Assembly: GCA_034429715.1 (NCBI GenBank)
Contig: DAOUFR010000013.1
Span: 56,095 to 120,094, forward strand
Direction: 5' to 3'
DNA length: 64,000 nt
DNA from: Dehalococcoidia bacterium
GTDB lineage: Bacteria; Chloroflexota; Dehalococcoidia; GIF9; UBA5629
The position numbers were made by a program, and so were the translations under genes. The notes beneath the pieces are model-generated. The model was not told the origin of the DNA and searched no databases. It was given only the letters and a program-made list of their open reading frames with translations. Below are positions 47,351 through 57,364 of the stretch, piece by piece; the stretch's first letter is position 1, and each line of letters begins with the position of its first letter.

Positions 47351-49576
47351 ATGCCCAGCACGGTTATCTGCCAGAGGTGTCATGAGATCAATGAACCCAA
47401 CGCTACAGTCTGCCAGAAATGTGGCGCGAGGTTCTGCCCGCATTGCCACCTGTTAATCCCCTCACCCGACGCGGCCATCTGCCCGCACTGCGGCAAGAAA
47501 GATCTATCTTTCAGGCCGGGTAAATATTCCGCCGGCAATGTCGCAGCTTCGACGGTGGCGCCGGGCGCCATGCCGGCCAGCAGGTATGTCTGCCCGAGCT
47601 GCGGGAACAGGATAGATCCTTCGCTGGGCAAGTGCCCCTATTGCGGCCAGCTGGGAAACCGTTTCACCATGATTCCCACGCAGGGCCACGGCGTGATGAA
47701 GCCCGCCCAGGGCGACTACGCCCACACATTCGCGGCGCCTCCCCCCGCCGAGGAGGGACAGAGCACGCAGAAGGTCTGTTCCAAGTGCGGCCGTGTCATA
47801 CCGCCCGGCTCCAGCCTGTGCCCTGTGCACGGCAAGTTCGGGGGCGGCAACGCGCTGAGAAATATCACTCCTCCCGTCAGGGACAAGACATTTGAGGGAG
47901 AAGTATACAAGAGGATGGAGGAGAGGAAGGCCGGCCCCGCTCCCCGTTCCAGCGTCAGGCAGGTAGCGCCGGAGGAGATATATCCGCAGATGCAGGCCGC
48001 TCCGGCTACGCCGGAGGCGCCGGCCGCGCCCGCTGAGCAACGCACCTGTTCCAACTGCGGGAATGCCGTGCCCGACCGCAGCAAGGTCTGCCCCACCTGC
48101 GGCAACAACCGTCTTCCGCCGGAGAGGAAAAAGCCCTTTTTGAAGGCCGAGGACCGCTATAGGGCTGTGGAGGCTGCGCAGCAGGCTTACGCCGCATATC
48201 CACCTCAGCAGCAGGCCTATGCAGCATATTCTGCGCCGCAGCAGAGCCAGTATTACGGGCAGCCGGCGGTGCAGCCGTACGAGATGGCCTACCCGGCGCC
48301 GTCGCCCGGATTCGTAGAGGAGATTTATCCTGAGAAAAAACGCGGGAAGGAGAAAATGCCCCGTGAGCGCAAGGAGAGGATGGCAAAGCCGGGGCAGAGG
48401 TCTTCCCCCATTCCCATACTGCTGGCGCTTATCGCGCTGGCCGGGGTCATCATCATCGGAGTCGTATTCCTGATCGACCAGCTCAAGACGCCCGCGCCAG
48501 CCGTTATTAGCAATCCCCCCATCACAACTCCCACCGGCACAACCGAGGGACCCGAGATATCCGAGGTCGAATATTCCAATATCACGCGTACCGGCGCTAC
48601 CGTGACCTGGAAAACCGACAAAGAGTCCAACAGCCTGGTGATCTACTGTCTGGAGGGTGGTACCCTCTGCGAAAACGCCAGGGACAACGAGCTGGTCACC
48701 AACCACAGTGTCAACCTGACCAATCTCGAACAGGGCACATCATATCACATAACCGTGAAATCGGCGCTGGGCGACGATCCCGATTCGCCGGACTCCAGCC
48801 TGGAGGTCACGGGCGTTCTGACCACCCTGAACGTACAGGATACGACACCGCCGATACTCAGCAATGTAAAGGTCACCAATGTCACCAGCGGAGGGTCGGC
48901 GGAGATCACCTGGAACACCGACGAGCCGGCCACCAGCCAGGTCAGCTACGGGACGTCCGCCAGTTACGGAACACTGCAGCCTTCGCAGACCGACACCCAG
49001 CTGACTACCTTCCACGATGTGATGCTCAACGGGCTGGCGCCGCAGACGACCTTCCATTACAAGGTGATATCGAGGGATGCCGACGGCAACGAGAAGTCGT
49101 CCGCCGATGCCACATTTACAACGCCCGTCCCGGCCGGAGCAAATATTGGAAATTCGGCGCCCGATTTCACACTGCAATGCGCGGACGGTACCCAGGTGAC
49201 GCTCAGCTCGCTGCAGGGCAAGAAAGTCATCGTCAACTTCTGGAATTTAAACTGCCACTTCTGCATGGAGGAGATGCCCGATTTTCAGACTGTGCGTGAT
49301 AACCATACCGACAGCAGTGTGGCCATACTGATGATCAACAGCGCCGCCGGAGGATTCCCCGCCAACAATAATGTGTACGTAGGTAATGAGATTACAACTA
49401 ACGAGTGGACCTTCACTGTTCCATTGGACGACTCCGGCGCCGTTGCCCAGGCCTACGACGTAATGAGCGGCATACCGGTGACCTTTTTCATCGACTCCAG
49501 CGGAATCATCAGGGCCAAGCAGGACGGCAAATTCCTCAGTGCAGACGCCATCGAGGCCAAGCTGAGTTCTTATTAA
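47351..49576 (+). CDS. membrane protein paralog: 5 zinc ribbons, Pro/Gln/Ala-rich linker, TM helix, 2 FN3-like repeats, TlpA-like thioredoxin domain (CHFC)
   Basis: Five CxxC...CxxCG ribbons. TM IPILLALIALAGVIIIGVVFLI. FN3-like repeats. FWNLNCHFC redoxin motif. Confidence 0.7.
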   Translation: MPSTVICQRCHEINEPNATVCQKCGARFCPHCHLLIPSPDAAICPHCGKKDLSFRPGKYSAGNVAASTVAPGAMPASRYVCPSCGNRIDPSLGKCPYCGQLGNRFTMIPTQGHGVMKPAQGDYAHTFAAPPPAEEGQSTQKVCSKCGRVIPPGSSLCPVHGKFGGGNALRNITPPVRDKTFEGEVYKRMEERKAGPAPRSSVRQVAPEEIYPQMQAAPATPEAPAAPAEQRTCSNCGNAVPDRSKVCPTCGNNRLPPERKKPFLKAEDRYRAVEAAQQAYAAYPPQQQAYAAYSAPQQSQYYGQPAVQPYEMAYPAPSPGFVEEIYPEKKRGKEKMPRERKERMAKPGQRSSPIPILLALIALAGVIIIGVVFLIDQLKTPAPAVISNPPITTPTGTTEGPEISEVEYSNITRTGATVTWKTDKESNSLVIYCLEGGTLCENARDNELVTNHSVNLTNLEQGTSYHITVKSALGDDPDSPDSSLEVTGVLTTLNVQDTTPPILSNVKVTNVTSGGSAEITWNTDEPATSQVSYGTSASYGTLQPSQTDTQLTTFHDVMLNGLAPQTTFHYKVISRDADGNEKSSADATFTTPVPAGANIGNSAPDFTLQCADGTQVTLSSLQGKKVIVNFWNLNCHFCMEEMPDFQTVRDNHTDSSVAILMINSAAGGFPANNNVYVGNEITTNEWTFTVPLDDSGAVAQAYDVMSGIPVTFFIDSSGIIRAKQDGKFLSADAIEAKLSSY

Positions 49577-49793
49577 ATCTCCTCTGCCGTTTGTAACCAG
49601 CCTCCCGATCCCACGCAGCCATATGAGCGGATCAATAAGATTTTTCTGCAGGCCATTATTATTATGCCAATAATATACTGAATATTGCCAACATTTTTCA
49701 CATTAAGTCGTCTTAAACAACAGTGTTGTCACTTATTTATACCTGTGATAATATTGGAAAATCAATTAAGCATTTCTACAGGATCAACAAATA

Positions 49794-50252
49794 GTGATTG
49801 ACAAGATTGACCGTAAACTGATTATCGAACTACAGAAAGATGGCCGTTACAGCTGTGCATCTTTAGCAAAAAAGCTGGGAATCGGTATATCATCCGTATC
49901 CAGAAGGATCAGACGATTACAGCAGGAAAAGATAATTAAAGTCATAGCCGTGCCAAACGCTGAAAAGCTGGGGCTTGTGGCAACTGCAATAATTGGAATG
50001 GATGTCGATATTGATAAGATAGACAGCGTGTGCTCCAAGCTTGTTATTCACGAAAACATACTCAACGTGGCAATTACTTTTGGGCGGTACAATGTACTGA
50101 TTGAAGCCTATCATCAATCTACAGAGGCATTGCTCAATTTTCTTAAGAATGAACTTTCACAGATCGATGGAATACGCAGTATAGAGACTTACTATATTGC
50201 CGAACTCAAGAAGCGTACCTACGGTTTATTGCAGGAACATATTCAAGCTTAA
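49794..50252 (+). CDS. Lrp/AsnC-family transcriptional regulator
   Basis: N-terminal HTH (DRKLIIELQKDGRYSCASLAKKLGI) and C-terminal RAM/ACT-like domain. GTG start. Confidence 0.8.
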   Translation: MIDKIDRKLIIELQKDGRYSCASLAKKLGIGISSVSRRIRRLQQEKIIKVIAVPNAEKLGLVATAIIGMDVDIDKIDSVCSKLVIHENILNVAITFGRYNVLIEAYHQSTEALLNFLKNELSQIDGIRSIETYYIAELKKRTYGLLQEHIQA

Positions 50253-50301
50253 CGACAGCAAATACAAAACTCTTGTTCAAGAATTCCCATGGAAATCACA
50301 A

Positions 50302-51498
50302 TCACATGACTACTTTATCATGACGCAGATCAGCCATTTTCTTACTATTGTAACCAAGCTCTTTTAATATTTCGGCGGTGTGTTCACCCAGAAACGGCCC
50401 GAAACTTCTTACTCCGCCCGGTGTATCAGAGAGTTTAATAGGCAGACCCACCTGCTTTACCTTTCCCTCAGTCGGATGGTCGAGTTCAAGCATCATCTTG
50501 CGGTGCGCGATCTGAGGATCGGAAAAAACCTCACCAAGCTGATAAACAGGAGCAATACATATATCTTTGCTTTTCAAGAAATCAAACCATTCATCTCTGG
50601 TTTTTGTCAGAAAAATACGTTGGAAACAATCTCTTATCGCTTCCCTTTCCTGTCCGCCAGCAAATTGCTTCGGTATGAAATCCTCTTTGCCTAAAGACCT
50701 GCAAAGGTTCTCCCAGAATTTTGGTTCAAAGCACCCCAAAGTGATATAACCGTCATCTTTAGTTCTATAAACAGTAGCCCAGGGAAAGACGCCGCTAAAC
50801 ATGGTATTCCCCCTTCCGGGTTCGTCTCCCGTCATAAAATAATCAGAGATGAAGCGAACCAATAACGAAACAACTCCATCGGTCATCGATATATCCAGGT
50901 ATTGTCCCCTGCCGGATTTTTGCGCTGCTATTAAAGCCAGCAGAATACCGACAGTCGCCATTAAGCCACCACCTGCGTAATCAGCCAGTAAATTCAAAGG
51001 TAATACGGGGGCTTCACCCGAATTGCCGATCAGGCCTAATGCACCTGCAATCGCGATGTAATTTGGATCATGTCCGGGCAATCCAGCATAAGGCCCGGTC
51101 TGACCATAGCCGCTGATTGAACAGTAGATCATCCTTGGATTGATCCGGCGAATATTCTCATAATCTATGCGGAGACGTTTGACCACACCGGGTCTGAATC
51201 CATCTACGATTACATCTGCTTTACAGGCAAGTTGCATAAAAATGGCGTGTCCCTGCTCTGTTTTAAGATCGATCGCTATACTTTTCTTGTTTCGCAGCAG
51301 CGCCGTAAATGCAGTTGCCGCCCTTCCACTTTCTCCCTTCAGGGGAGATACACCAGATCCAAAGATCGGTTCGTCTTGTCCCCTCGGCTGTTCAACCTTT
51401 ATCACTTCCGCGCCCATATCTGCAAGCATCATCGTACAGTAGGCATGCGGTGCAACACGGCTCAAATCTAAAACTCGTATGCCATCTAATGGGCCCAT
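50302..51498 (-). CDS. family III CoA-transferase (CaiB/BaiF family)
   Basis: N-terminus GPLDGIRVLDLSRVAPHAYC. Conserved catalytic Asp region of CaiB/BaiF. Confidence 0.85.
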   Translation of the reverse strand: MGPLDGIRVLDLSRVAPHAYCTMMLADMGAEVIKVEQPRGQDEPIFGSGVSPLKGESGRAATAFTALLRNKKSIAIDLKTEQGHAIFMQLACKADVIVDGFRPGVVKRLRIDYENIRRINPRMIYCSISGYGQTGPYAGLPGHDPNYIAIAGALGLIGNSGEAPVLPLNLLADYAGGGLMATVGILLALIAAQKSGRGQYLDISMTDGVVSLLVRFISDYFMTGDEPGRGNTMFSGVFPWATVYRTKDDGYITLGCFEPKFWENLCRSLGKEDFIPKQFAGGQEREAIRDCFQRIFLTKTRDEWFDFLKSKDICIAPVYQLGEVFSDPQIAHRKMMLELDHPTEGKVKQVGLPIKLSDTPGGVRSFGPFLGEHTAEILKELGYNSKKMADLRHDKVVM

Positions 51499-51652
51499 TC
51501 AGGTACCTCCATCTAAATATCGATCGGTTATCAAGCTGTTCACCATTCCATCGGGCGGCTCAAAGGGAGGCGCGGGCAATTGACCCGCCTCCTGCATGTT
51601 ATGTCGACTGCCACAATAAATACCGTGGCTCAGGCTATTTCAAAGGCTTATC

Positions 51653-52945
51653 TCACCTGGTCTCAAAAACAATCTGGACTTTCTCAACTTTATCCACATC
51701 TTTCTTATAGAAAAACGACCCTGCGAAAAAGAGGACACCGGCAACTATGAGCAACACAGGCATTCCCTGCAATGCTTTATCCAGGCCGTATACATCAGAT
51801 AAAGCTCCGATAACGAGGGGGCCAAGAGCACTGCCCAGCAGGCATTGAATAACTATGTTAACGCTGTGCGAGGTGGACCTGAGGCCGGGGTGGACGACGT
51901 CCTGTGTAACGGCTATAGCACCCGGGGCATACATTATAACCAGTAATCCGAAGCCAAGAAGTATGCTGAACTGAAGGCTCCCGTGAAAGAGAAAGGCGAT
52001 GAACAGCAATATTGCCGCCAGGGTACAACTGATGGCGGGAACAAGCATTCTGGCATTGGATTTCCGTTTAAGCCACTGATCGGTGAGAAAGCCGCTCAAC
52101 GGGGCGCCTACAATTGCCAGCAACATAACCACACTGGCCATCAAACCCGAGCGTTCGATGCTCATCCCCTCGAATCTCTGAAAATATGAAGGCAGCCAGG
52201 TCGTCATGGCCGTAGTAGTAAATCCACATGCAGCAAATGCCAGGTTGTTAAAGACCAGCGACTTGCTGCGGAACAGCTCTTTGACAACATCGAGTTTGCT
52301 CATTTTTACTTTGCTTGATGATTCATCCGCGGTCACAGACTTTTCGAGTGCAATTGTTTTATAATCCTTCACCCAGAAAAACAAGATAGCAATGATAATC
52401 CCGGGAATTGCCACAATGCCCAGTGCATGCCTCCACCCCAGCGCAACAGCAATTACACCACCTACTGTAACTCCCACAGCCATCCCCAGCGGGATGGCAG
52501 ATTGCCATATCCCTATCATCCTGGCACGCTTTTCCGGCTTGAAAATTGCAGAGATCATCGCAGCGCCACCCGGTGAATACCCGGCTTCGCCAACCCCAAC
52601 GACACAACGTGTGGCAAAGAGTTGCGCGAAGTTCGTGGTAAACGCACCGGCTGCCGTCGCCAAACCCCATATAATTGACATTAAACCGATGCTCTTTTTT
52701 CGGCTCCAACGATCCACCAGAGCACCAACAGGCAAGGTGAATACCACGAGAGACCAGAAAACCGCTGATATCATCAGCCCGCATTGAACATCAGTTAAAC
52801 CCCAGTCGCTCTTAAGAAACGGGAATAGTGATATGATGACAAACCTGTCGATGTAATCAAACATGAAGAGCAGATATAAGAGAATATAGGCATACCATGC
52901 TCTCCACCGCGGGTAAGTTACAGCTGCTTCCGTGCTCTGGTTCAT
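51653..52945 (-). CDS. MFS transporter
   Basis: 12 predicted TM helices. MFS loop motif (GALVDRWSRKK). Confidence 0.8.
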   Translation of the reverse strand: MNQSTEAAVTYPRWRAWYAYILLYLLFMFDYIDRFVIISLFPFLKSDWGLTDVQCGLMISAVFWSLVVFTLPVGALVDRWSRKKSIGLMSIIWGLATAAGAFTTNFAQLFATRCVVGVGEAGYSPGGAAMISAIFKPEKRARMIGIWQSAIPLGMAVGVTVGGVIAVALGWRHALGIVAIPGIIIAILFFWVKDYKTIALEKSVTADESSSKVKMSKLDVVKELFRSKSLVFNNLAFAACGFTTTAMTTWLPSYFQRFEGMSIERSGLMASVVMLLAIVGAPLSGFLTDQWLKRKSNARMLVPAISCTLAAILLFIAFLFHGSLQFSILLGFGLLVIMYAPGAIAVTQDVVHPGLRSTSHSVNIVIQCLLGSALGPLVIGALSDVYGLDKALQGMPVLLIVAGVLFFAGSFFYKKDVDKVEKVQIVFETR

Positions 52946-52985
52946 TTAAAACTACCTCCCCTCGCTTTTTATTTCATATGGGCCG

Positions 52986-54221
52986 TTATTGCACAACGCC
53001 GTCGTTTATTAACGAAGCAAAATCTTCACCAGATAAATTGAGAATTTTGGTGCAGACGAATTCGTTGTCCTCACCTAAAAGCGGCGCTCGTCCTGCTGCA
53101 TATGGTGTTGCGGACAGTTTAACCGGCCAACCTTGCACTATGTACTGTCCCAGTGTCGGATGGTCGACGGATGAATAATAGCCTCGATGCTTCAGCTGGG
53201 AATCCTTATATACTAAATCCTCTCCTCGTTTGACAACACCCGCTGCTATGCCTGCCTTCTGCAATTTACGTACCAGCTCTTCCGGTGAATAGCCAGATGT
53301 CCATGCCCCTATCAGCTCATCCAGTTTATCCTCATTGTCTTTCCTGCCAGACAGGGTAGAGAACTCAGGCTTACCAGTCCAGCCGGGATTACCCATCAGC
53401 CGGCATAAGGTGTCCCAGTCCACGTCTGTGGAAATAGATATAACACACCATCTGTCCTCACCTTTGCATCGATATACATTATTGGGGCAGGCATAAGATG
53501 ATCTGTTACCACATCTGATCTCTTCATGCCGGTTAACTGCATAATCAAGAATTGTGGGGGATATGCTGTGAAGAGTGGCCTCGAGCTGAGATATGTCAAT
53601 ATATTGGCCTTTACCTGTACGCTGCCGGTAGTCCAGAGCTGCCATTATGGCACACAGAGAAATCACGGGAGTAACAACGTCCGGATACACATCCGGAGGT
53701 GCGGTGGGTTCTCTGTCCTCCCAACCTGTAATGTGATAAAGCCCCGTTGCACCGGCTGCGTGTATGCCCCAGCCCTTAAAGGAAGAAAGAGGACCGGTTT
53801 GCCCCTGGTTACTTATGCTTACCAGGATGACATCGCTTTTAACTTTTTTAAGTTCGTTATAGTCCAATCCCCATCTTTCCATGCCGCCCGGACCGAAGTT
53901 CTCAATGACCACGTCACTCCACGCGACAAGCATCTTGGCAACTTCTATTCCGCGAGGGTGACCGAGATTGAGCGTCAGGCTGCGTTTACCATTGTTGAAT
54001 ACAGGGAATGCTATCGAGTGATCAAGGTCGACTTTGTCATCTTTATATGGCGAGCTTAACCGGCATAAATCAGGATGGATCCTGGATTCTAACTTTATCA
54101 CCTGTGCTCCAAAATCAGCCAGGTATGCGCCGCATATTGGTCCGGCCACCACCCATGTGAAATCAAGTACTTTCAATCCCTGCAGAGCATACATCTTTCG
54201 CACCTCGTTCAAATAATGCAA
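52986..54221 (-). CDS. family III CoA-transferase (CaiB/BaiF family)
   Basis: LQGLKVLDFTWVVAGP N-terminus and CaiB/BaiF fold. Confidence 0.85.
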   Translation of the reverse strand: MHYLNEVRKMYALQGLKVLDFTWVVAGPICGAYLADFGAQVIKLESRIHPDLCRLSSPYKDDKVDLDHSIAFPVFNNGKRSLTLNLGHPRGIEVAKMLVAWSDVVIENFGPGGMERWGLDYNELKKVKSDVILVSISNQGQTGPLSSFKGWGIHAAGATGLYHITGWEDREPTAPPDVYPDVVTPVISLCAIMAALDYRQRTGKGQYIDISQLEATLHSISPTILDYAVNRHEEIRCGNRSSYACPNNVYRCKGEDRWCVISISTDVDWDTLCRLMGNPGWTGKPEFSTLSGRKDNEDKLDELIGAWTSGYSPEELVRKLQKAGIAAGVVKRGEDLVYKDSQLKHRGYYSSVDHPTLGQYIVQGWPVKLSATPYAAGRAPLLGEDNEFVCTKILNLSGEDFASLINDGVVQ

Positions 54222-55465
54222 TCCTGCTTCAACTTTCCAAGCTCCTGCGATGAAAGTCCTATCTCCTTTCCAAGAATTTCAGCATTATGTTCACCGATAA
54301 GCGGAGCCCGGCGGTGCATTGCACAAGAGGTCTCGTTAGAAATGAAGATGAAAGCCGGATAAGGGATAGGACTGTCTAATTCAGGATGCTCCAAATACCT
54401 CCAGTATCCTCTGGACCGAAAATGTGAACTCTCATATACATCTTTAGGAGAATATACCTTTAGAATTCGCAGGCCTCTTTTAAGCGCCTCATTTTGGATT
54501 TCGTCCTTTGTAAAGTGATTGAAGAAATCCTGGATGATGCTATTCCAGGAGTCGACTTCCGACTGTGATATCTTCGACATGTCGATCGATGCCCAATCGA
54601 CTTCTTTCAAGATACCCGCTTCTCCCTGTTCATCAATCCATTTCACCAGGGCAGTCCACTCCTGCGCACCCCATATGCCACCCATAAATCGCCAGAGTAC
54701 ATAACCGTCTTTACATTTCCAGACGTCTCGCTGATAAGCATTGCCTCGCAATATGATATTGCCTCTTCTGGTTTCGGATATCCCCCTTCCCGCAATCCAC
54801 GGCAGAATGCTATAGCCAAAACGCAGGACAGCCTCCTGGATTGAGACATCCACATGCTGCCCTTGCCCCGTCGCCTTACGATAGTAATGAGCAATCAGTG
54901 CTCCTGCAGTCGCATGTATGCCAGCAAGGAAATAAGATTGGTCACCTCCCATTCGCAGGGGAGGTCTGTCGGCATCGCCCGTTATATACATCAGCCCCCC
55001 TTCCGCCATACAAACAATATCCGATCCCCTGCGATCCTTATACGGACCTGTCTGCCCAAAAGGAGTAATCGATATCATTATCAGCCCGGGATTCAGTTTA
55101 CTCAGCGTACTATAGCCCAGTCTCAGTGAATCCAGATATCCCGGGGTGTAAGTCTCCAGCAAGAAATCAGCCTTTCCAACCAAATCTTTGAAAATGTTTT
55201 TGCCGGCCGCGGTCTCAATATCAAGCGTAATGCCTCGCTTGTTAGCATTGTAAGCAAACCAGTGAAGGCTCTTCTCCGGGTCCTGAATATTGTGGTAAAA
55301 CGGCCCGATTCTCCGGCTGGCATCTCCTCCGGGCCTTTCCACTTTGATGACATCCGCTCCTAAATCCGCCAGTAATTTGCCGCAGATAAAACCTGTTTCA
55401 TCTGCTAAGTCTAAAACACGGTATGGATCTAACGGCGCGCTGTGATCCTCACCTTTATCTACCAT
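54209..55465 (-). CDS. family III CoA-transferase (CaiB/BaiF family)
   Basis: YRVLDLADETGFICGKLLADLGADVIKVE N-terminus. Stop overlaps the next CoA-transferase start. Confidence 0.85.
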   Translation of the reverse strand: MVDKGEDHSAPLDPYRVLDLADETGFICGKLLADLGADVIKVERPGGDASRRIGPFYHNIQDPEKSLHWFAYNANKRGITLDIETAAGKNIFKDLVGKADFLLETYTPGYLDSLRLGYSTLSKLNPGLIMISITPFGQTGPYKDRRGSDIVCMAEGGLMYITGDADRPPLRMGGDQSYFLAGIHATAGALIAHYYRKATGQGQHVDVSIQEAVLRFGYSILPWIAGRGISETRRGNIILRGNAYQRDVWKCKDGYVLWRFMGGIWGAQEWTALVKWIDEQGEAGILKEVDWASIDMSKISQSEVDSWNSIIQDFFNHFTKDEIQNEALKRGLRILKVYSPKDVYESSHFRSRGYWRYLEHPELDSPIPYPAFIFISNETSCAMHRRAPLIGEHNAEILGKEIGLSSQELGKLKQDCII

Positions 55466-55517
55466 TGATTAATCTCCTGCCATTAGAGCATTAAATAAAT
55501 ACCTGGAACACCCTGCT

Positions 55518-56681
55518 TTATTTCCTTTGGTCAAATCTTCGATGCAGCAGGAGAGAGGCCAGAGTGATTTTCTGAATCTCAATCGTACCGCCGGCGACAC
55601 CCCAGCCCCAGGCGTCGCGCATCAGCCGCTCTACAGGATAATCCGTGGAATAGCCGTATCCGCCGTGTACCTGTAAGGCCATTCCGGTGACCTCTCTCAC
55701 CATTTGATTGGCAAAGCACTTGGCCAGATTGGCCTCAAGCGGAGCAGGCAATCCTGCTGCCGCGTTGACCGTAGCTTTGTAAATAAGAAGACGGGCGGCC
55801 TCCACTTTAAGCGCCATATCCGCCAGCATGAACTGGATTGCCTGGAATTCGCAGATTTCCTTTCCCCACTGCTTCCTTTGCAGCGAATAGGCCATTGCTT
55901 CCTCAAGCGCACCCTGGGCTATGCCCAGGCACATAGTCGCGTTGCCGCATCGCTCAAGATCAAAGGCGACCATTAACTTTCTGAATTCACCCTCCTTAAC
56001 TATGAGATTCTCTTTTGGAACCCGGCAATTTTCGAAAATCAGGTCGCAACTCGGGGCGCCCCTCATACCCATGAACTGCTCCTGTTTACCAAAGAGGAAA
56101 CCCGGGGACCCTTTATCGATGATTAAGCCGCCTATACCTTTAGCCCCTTTCTGTTCGCCGAGTCTGATATAGACAACGTAAACATCGGCTTCCCCTCCGC
56201 CGCTGATAAAGCGTTTTGTTCCATTCACAATATAGAAATTGCCGTCCGGCACTGCTTTAGTCCTGAGATCGGTCAATGCCGAACCGGCTTCAGGTTCAGT
56301 CATTGCAGCAGCAATCCACAGTGTTCCCTCGCATACGGGTCTAACATACTTATCCTTCTGTTCTTCCGTGCCGAACAGTTCAATGATCCTCACCGGTCCT
56401 ACACTGGATTCGAAGATGGGCGCAGCACATATGCACGATACCCGTGCAAACTCTTCAATAGCTAAAATAGCCTCAAAAGCAGTTCGCCCCTGTCCCCCAT
56501 ATTTTGTAGAGATGGGTAATCCCAGCAACCCCAGATCTGCCAGCTTCTTGAAATACTCGTGGCGGGGCATATGCTCGGCTTTTGAATCCCATTCTGCAAC
56601 TTTCGGTCGGAACTCCTTTTCAACGACATCGTGCGCCAGCTTCTTGATCATTTTCTGCTCTTCGTTTAGCTCAAATTCCAT
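55518..56681 (-). CDS. acyl-CoA dehydrogenase
   Basis: ACAD N-terminal alpha, middle beta and C-terminal alpha domains. Catalytic Glu region near the C-terminus (YGYSTDYPVERLMRDA). Confidence 0.85.
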   Translation of the reverse strand: MEFELNEEQKMIKKLAHDVVEKEFRPKVAEWDSKAEHMPRHEYFKKLADLGLLGLPISTKYGGQGRTAFEAILAIEEFARVSCICAAPIFESSVGPVRIIELFGTEEQKDKYVRPVCEGTLWIAAAMTEPEAGSALTDLRTKAVPDGNFYIVNGTKRFISGGGEADVYVVYIRLGEQKGAKGIGGLIIDKGSPGFLFGKQEQFMGMRGAPSCDLIFENCRVPKENLIVKEGEFRKLMVAFDLERCGNATMCLGIAQGALEEAMAYSLQRKQWGKEICEFQAIQFMLADMALKVEAARLLIYKATVNAAAGLPAPLEANLAKCFANQMVREVTGMALQVHGGYGYSTDYPVERLMRDAWGWGVAGGTIEIQKITLASLLLHRRFDQRK

Positions 56682-56967
56682 GTAATTCCCTCCTCTAAGA
56701 AATCCCGGCTATTTTAAATTTCGCTAATCAAGCAACCGCAGCAATAATAATAAGGTATTACGTTTTTATTGTCAATATTATGCTACTTTTATAAAGGTTA
56801 ATAACATTATATTGCTATTTCACCTACTGAATTGGCATATTATGGCTTTCATATGGCAATAGGAGGCTGCCCGGTCCTTGTTTTCACATAATTACACCTG
56901 CATTTTCATCATGCCTTCATACGTGCCGCATACAATTAAAGAACGATAAAAATACAGGAGCAATAAA

Positions 56968-57198
56968 ATGATGGGTTACTGGTTAACTGGAATGGGATGG
57001 TGGATGGCATTAGCAGGCATCCTGTTTGTGCTGTTCTGGGGCGGCGTTATCTGGCTGATAGTCTGGGGCGTGACGAAAGCGACCGGGCACGGGGCTGGCT
57101 GCACTACGATAGAAAGCCCGCTGGAGATCGCCAAGCGGCGCTATGCGCAGTCGGAGATAACCAGGGAGCAGTTCGAGCAGATTAAAAAAGACCTTTAG
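56968..57198 (+). CDS. SHOCT-domain small membrane protein
   Basis: N-terminal TM helix plus C-terminal LEIAKRRYAQSEITREQFEQIKKDL (SHOCT motif). Confidence 0.6.
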   Translation: MMGYWLTGMGWWMALAGILFVLFWGGVIWLIVWGVTKATGHGAGCTTIESPLEIAKRRYAQSEITREQFEQIKKDL

Positions 57199-57246
57199 CC
57201 ATAACTTGCCTCTGCGCGGGGCATTAAATATACTATTATGTCCCGC

Positions 57247-57335
57247 GGAGGGGTGACCGAGTGGACGATGGTGACGGTCTTGAAAACCGTTTTAGCTTCG
57301 TGCTAACGCGGGTTCGAATCCCGCCCCCTCCGCCA
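57247..57335 (+). tRNA. tRNA-Ser (anticodon UGA), type II with long variable arm, CCA encoded
   Basis: Acceptor stem GGAGGGG/CCCCTCC. Anticodon loop CUUGAAA. Long variable arm. T-arm GCGGGTTCGAATCCCGC. 3' GCCA. Confidence 0.85.
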
Positions 57336-57364
57336 CCTTTCCAACGCCTGGTTCCGGCAGGTTC

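Noticed and set aside
49577-57335. Genomic island integrated at tRNA-Ser
   Set aside because: The tRNA is on the plus strand with the island on its 5' side, whereas integrases target the 3' end. I found no integrase gene and no direct repeat of the tRNA 3' end at the other cassette boundary.
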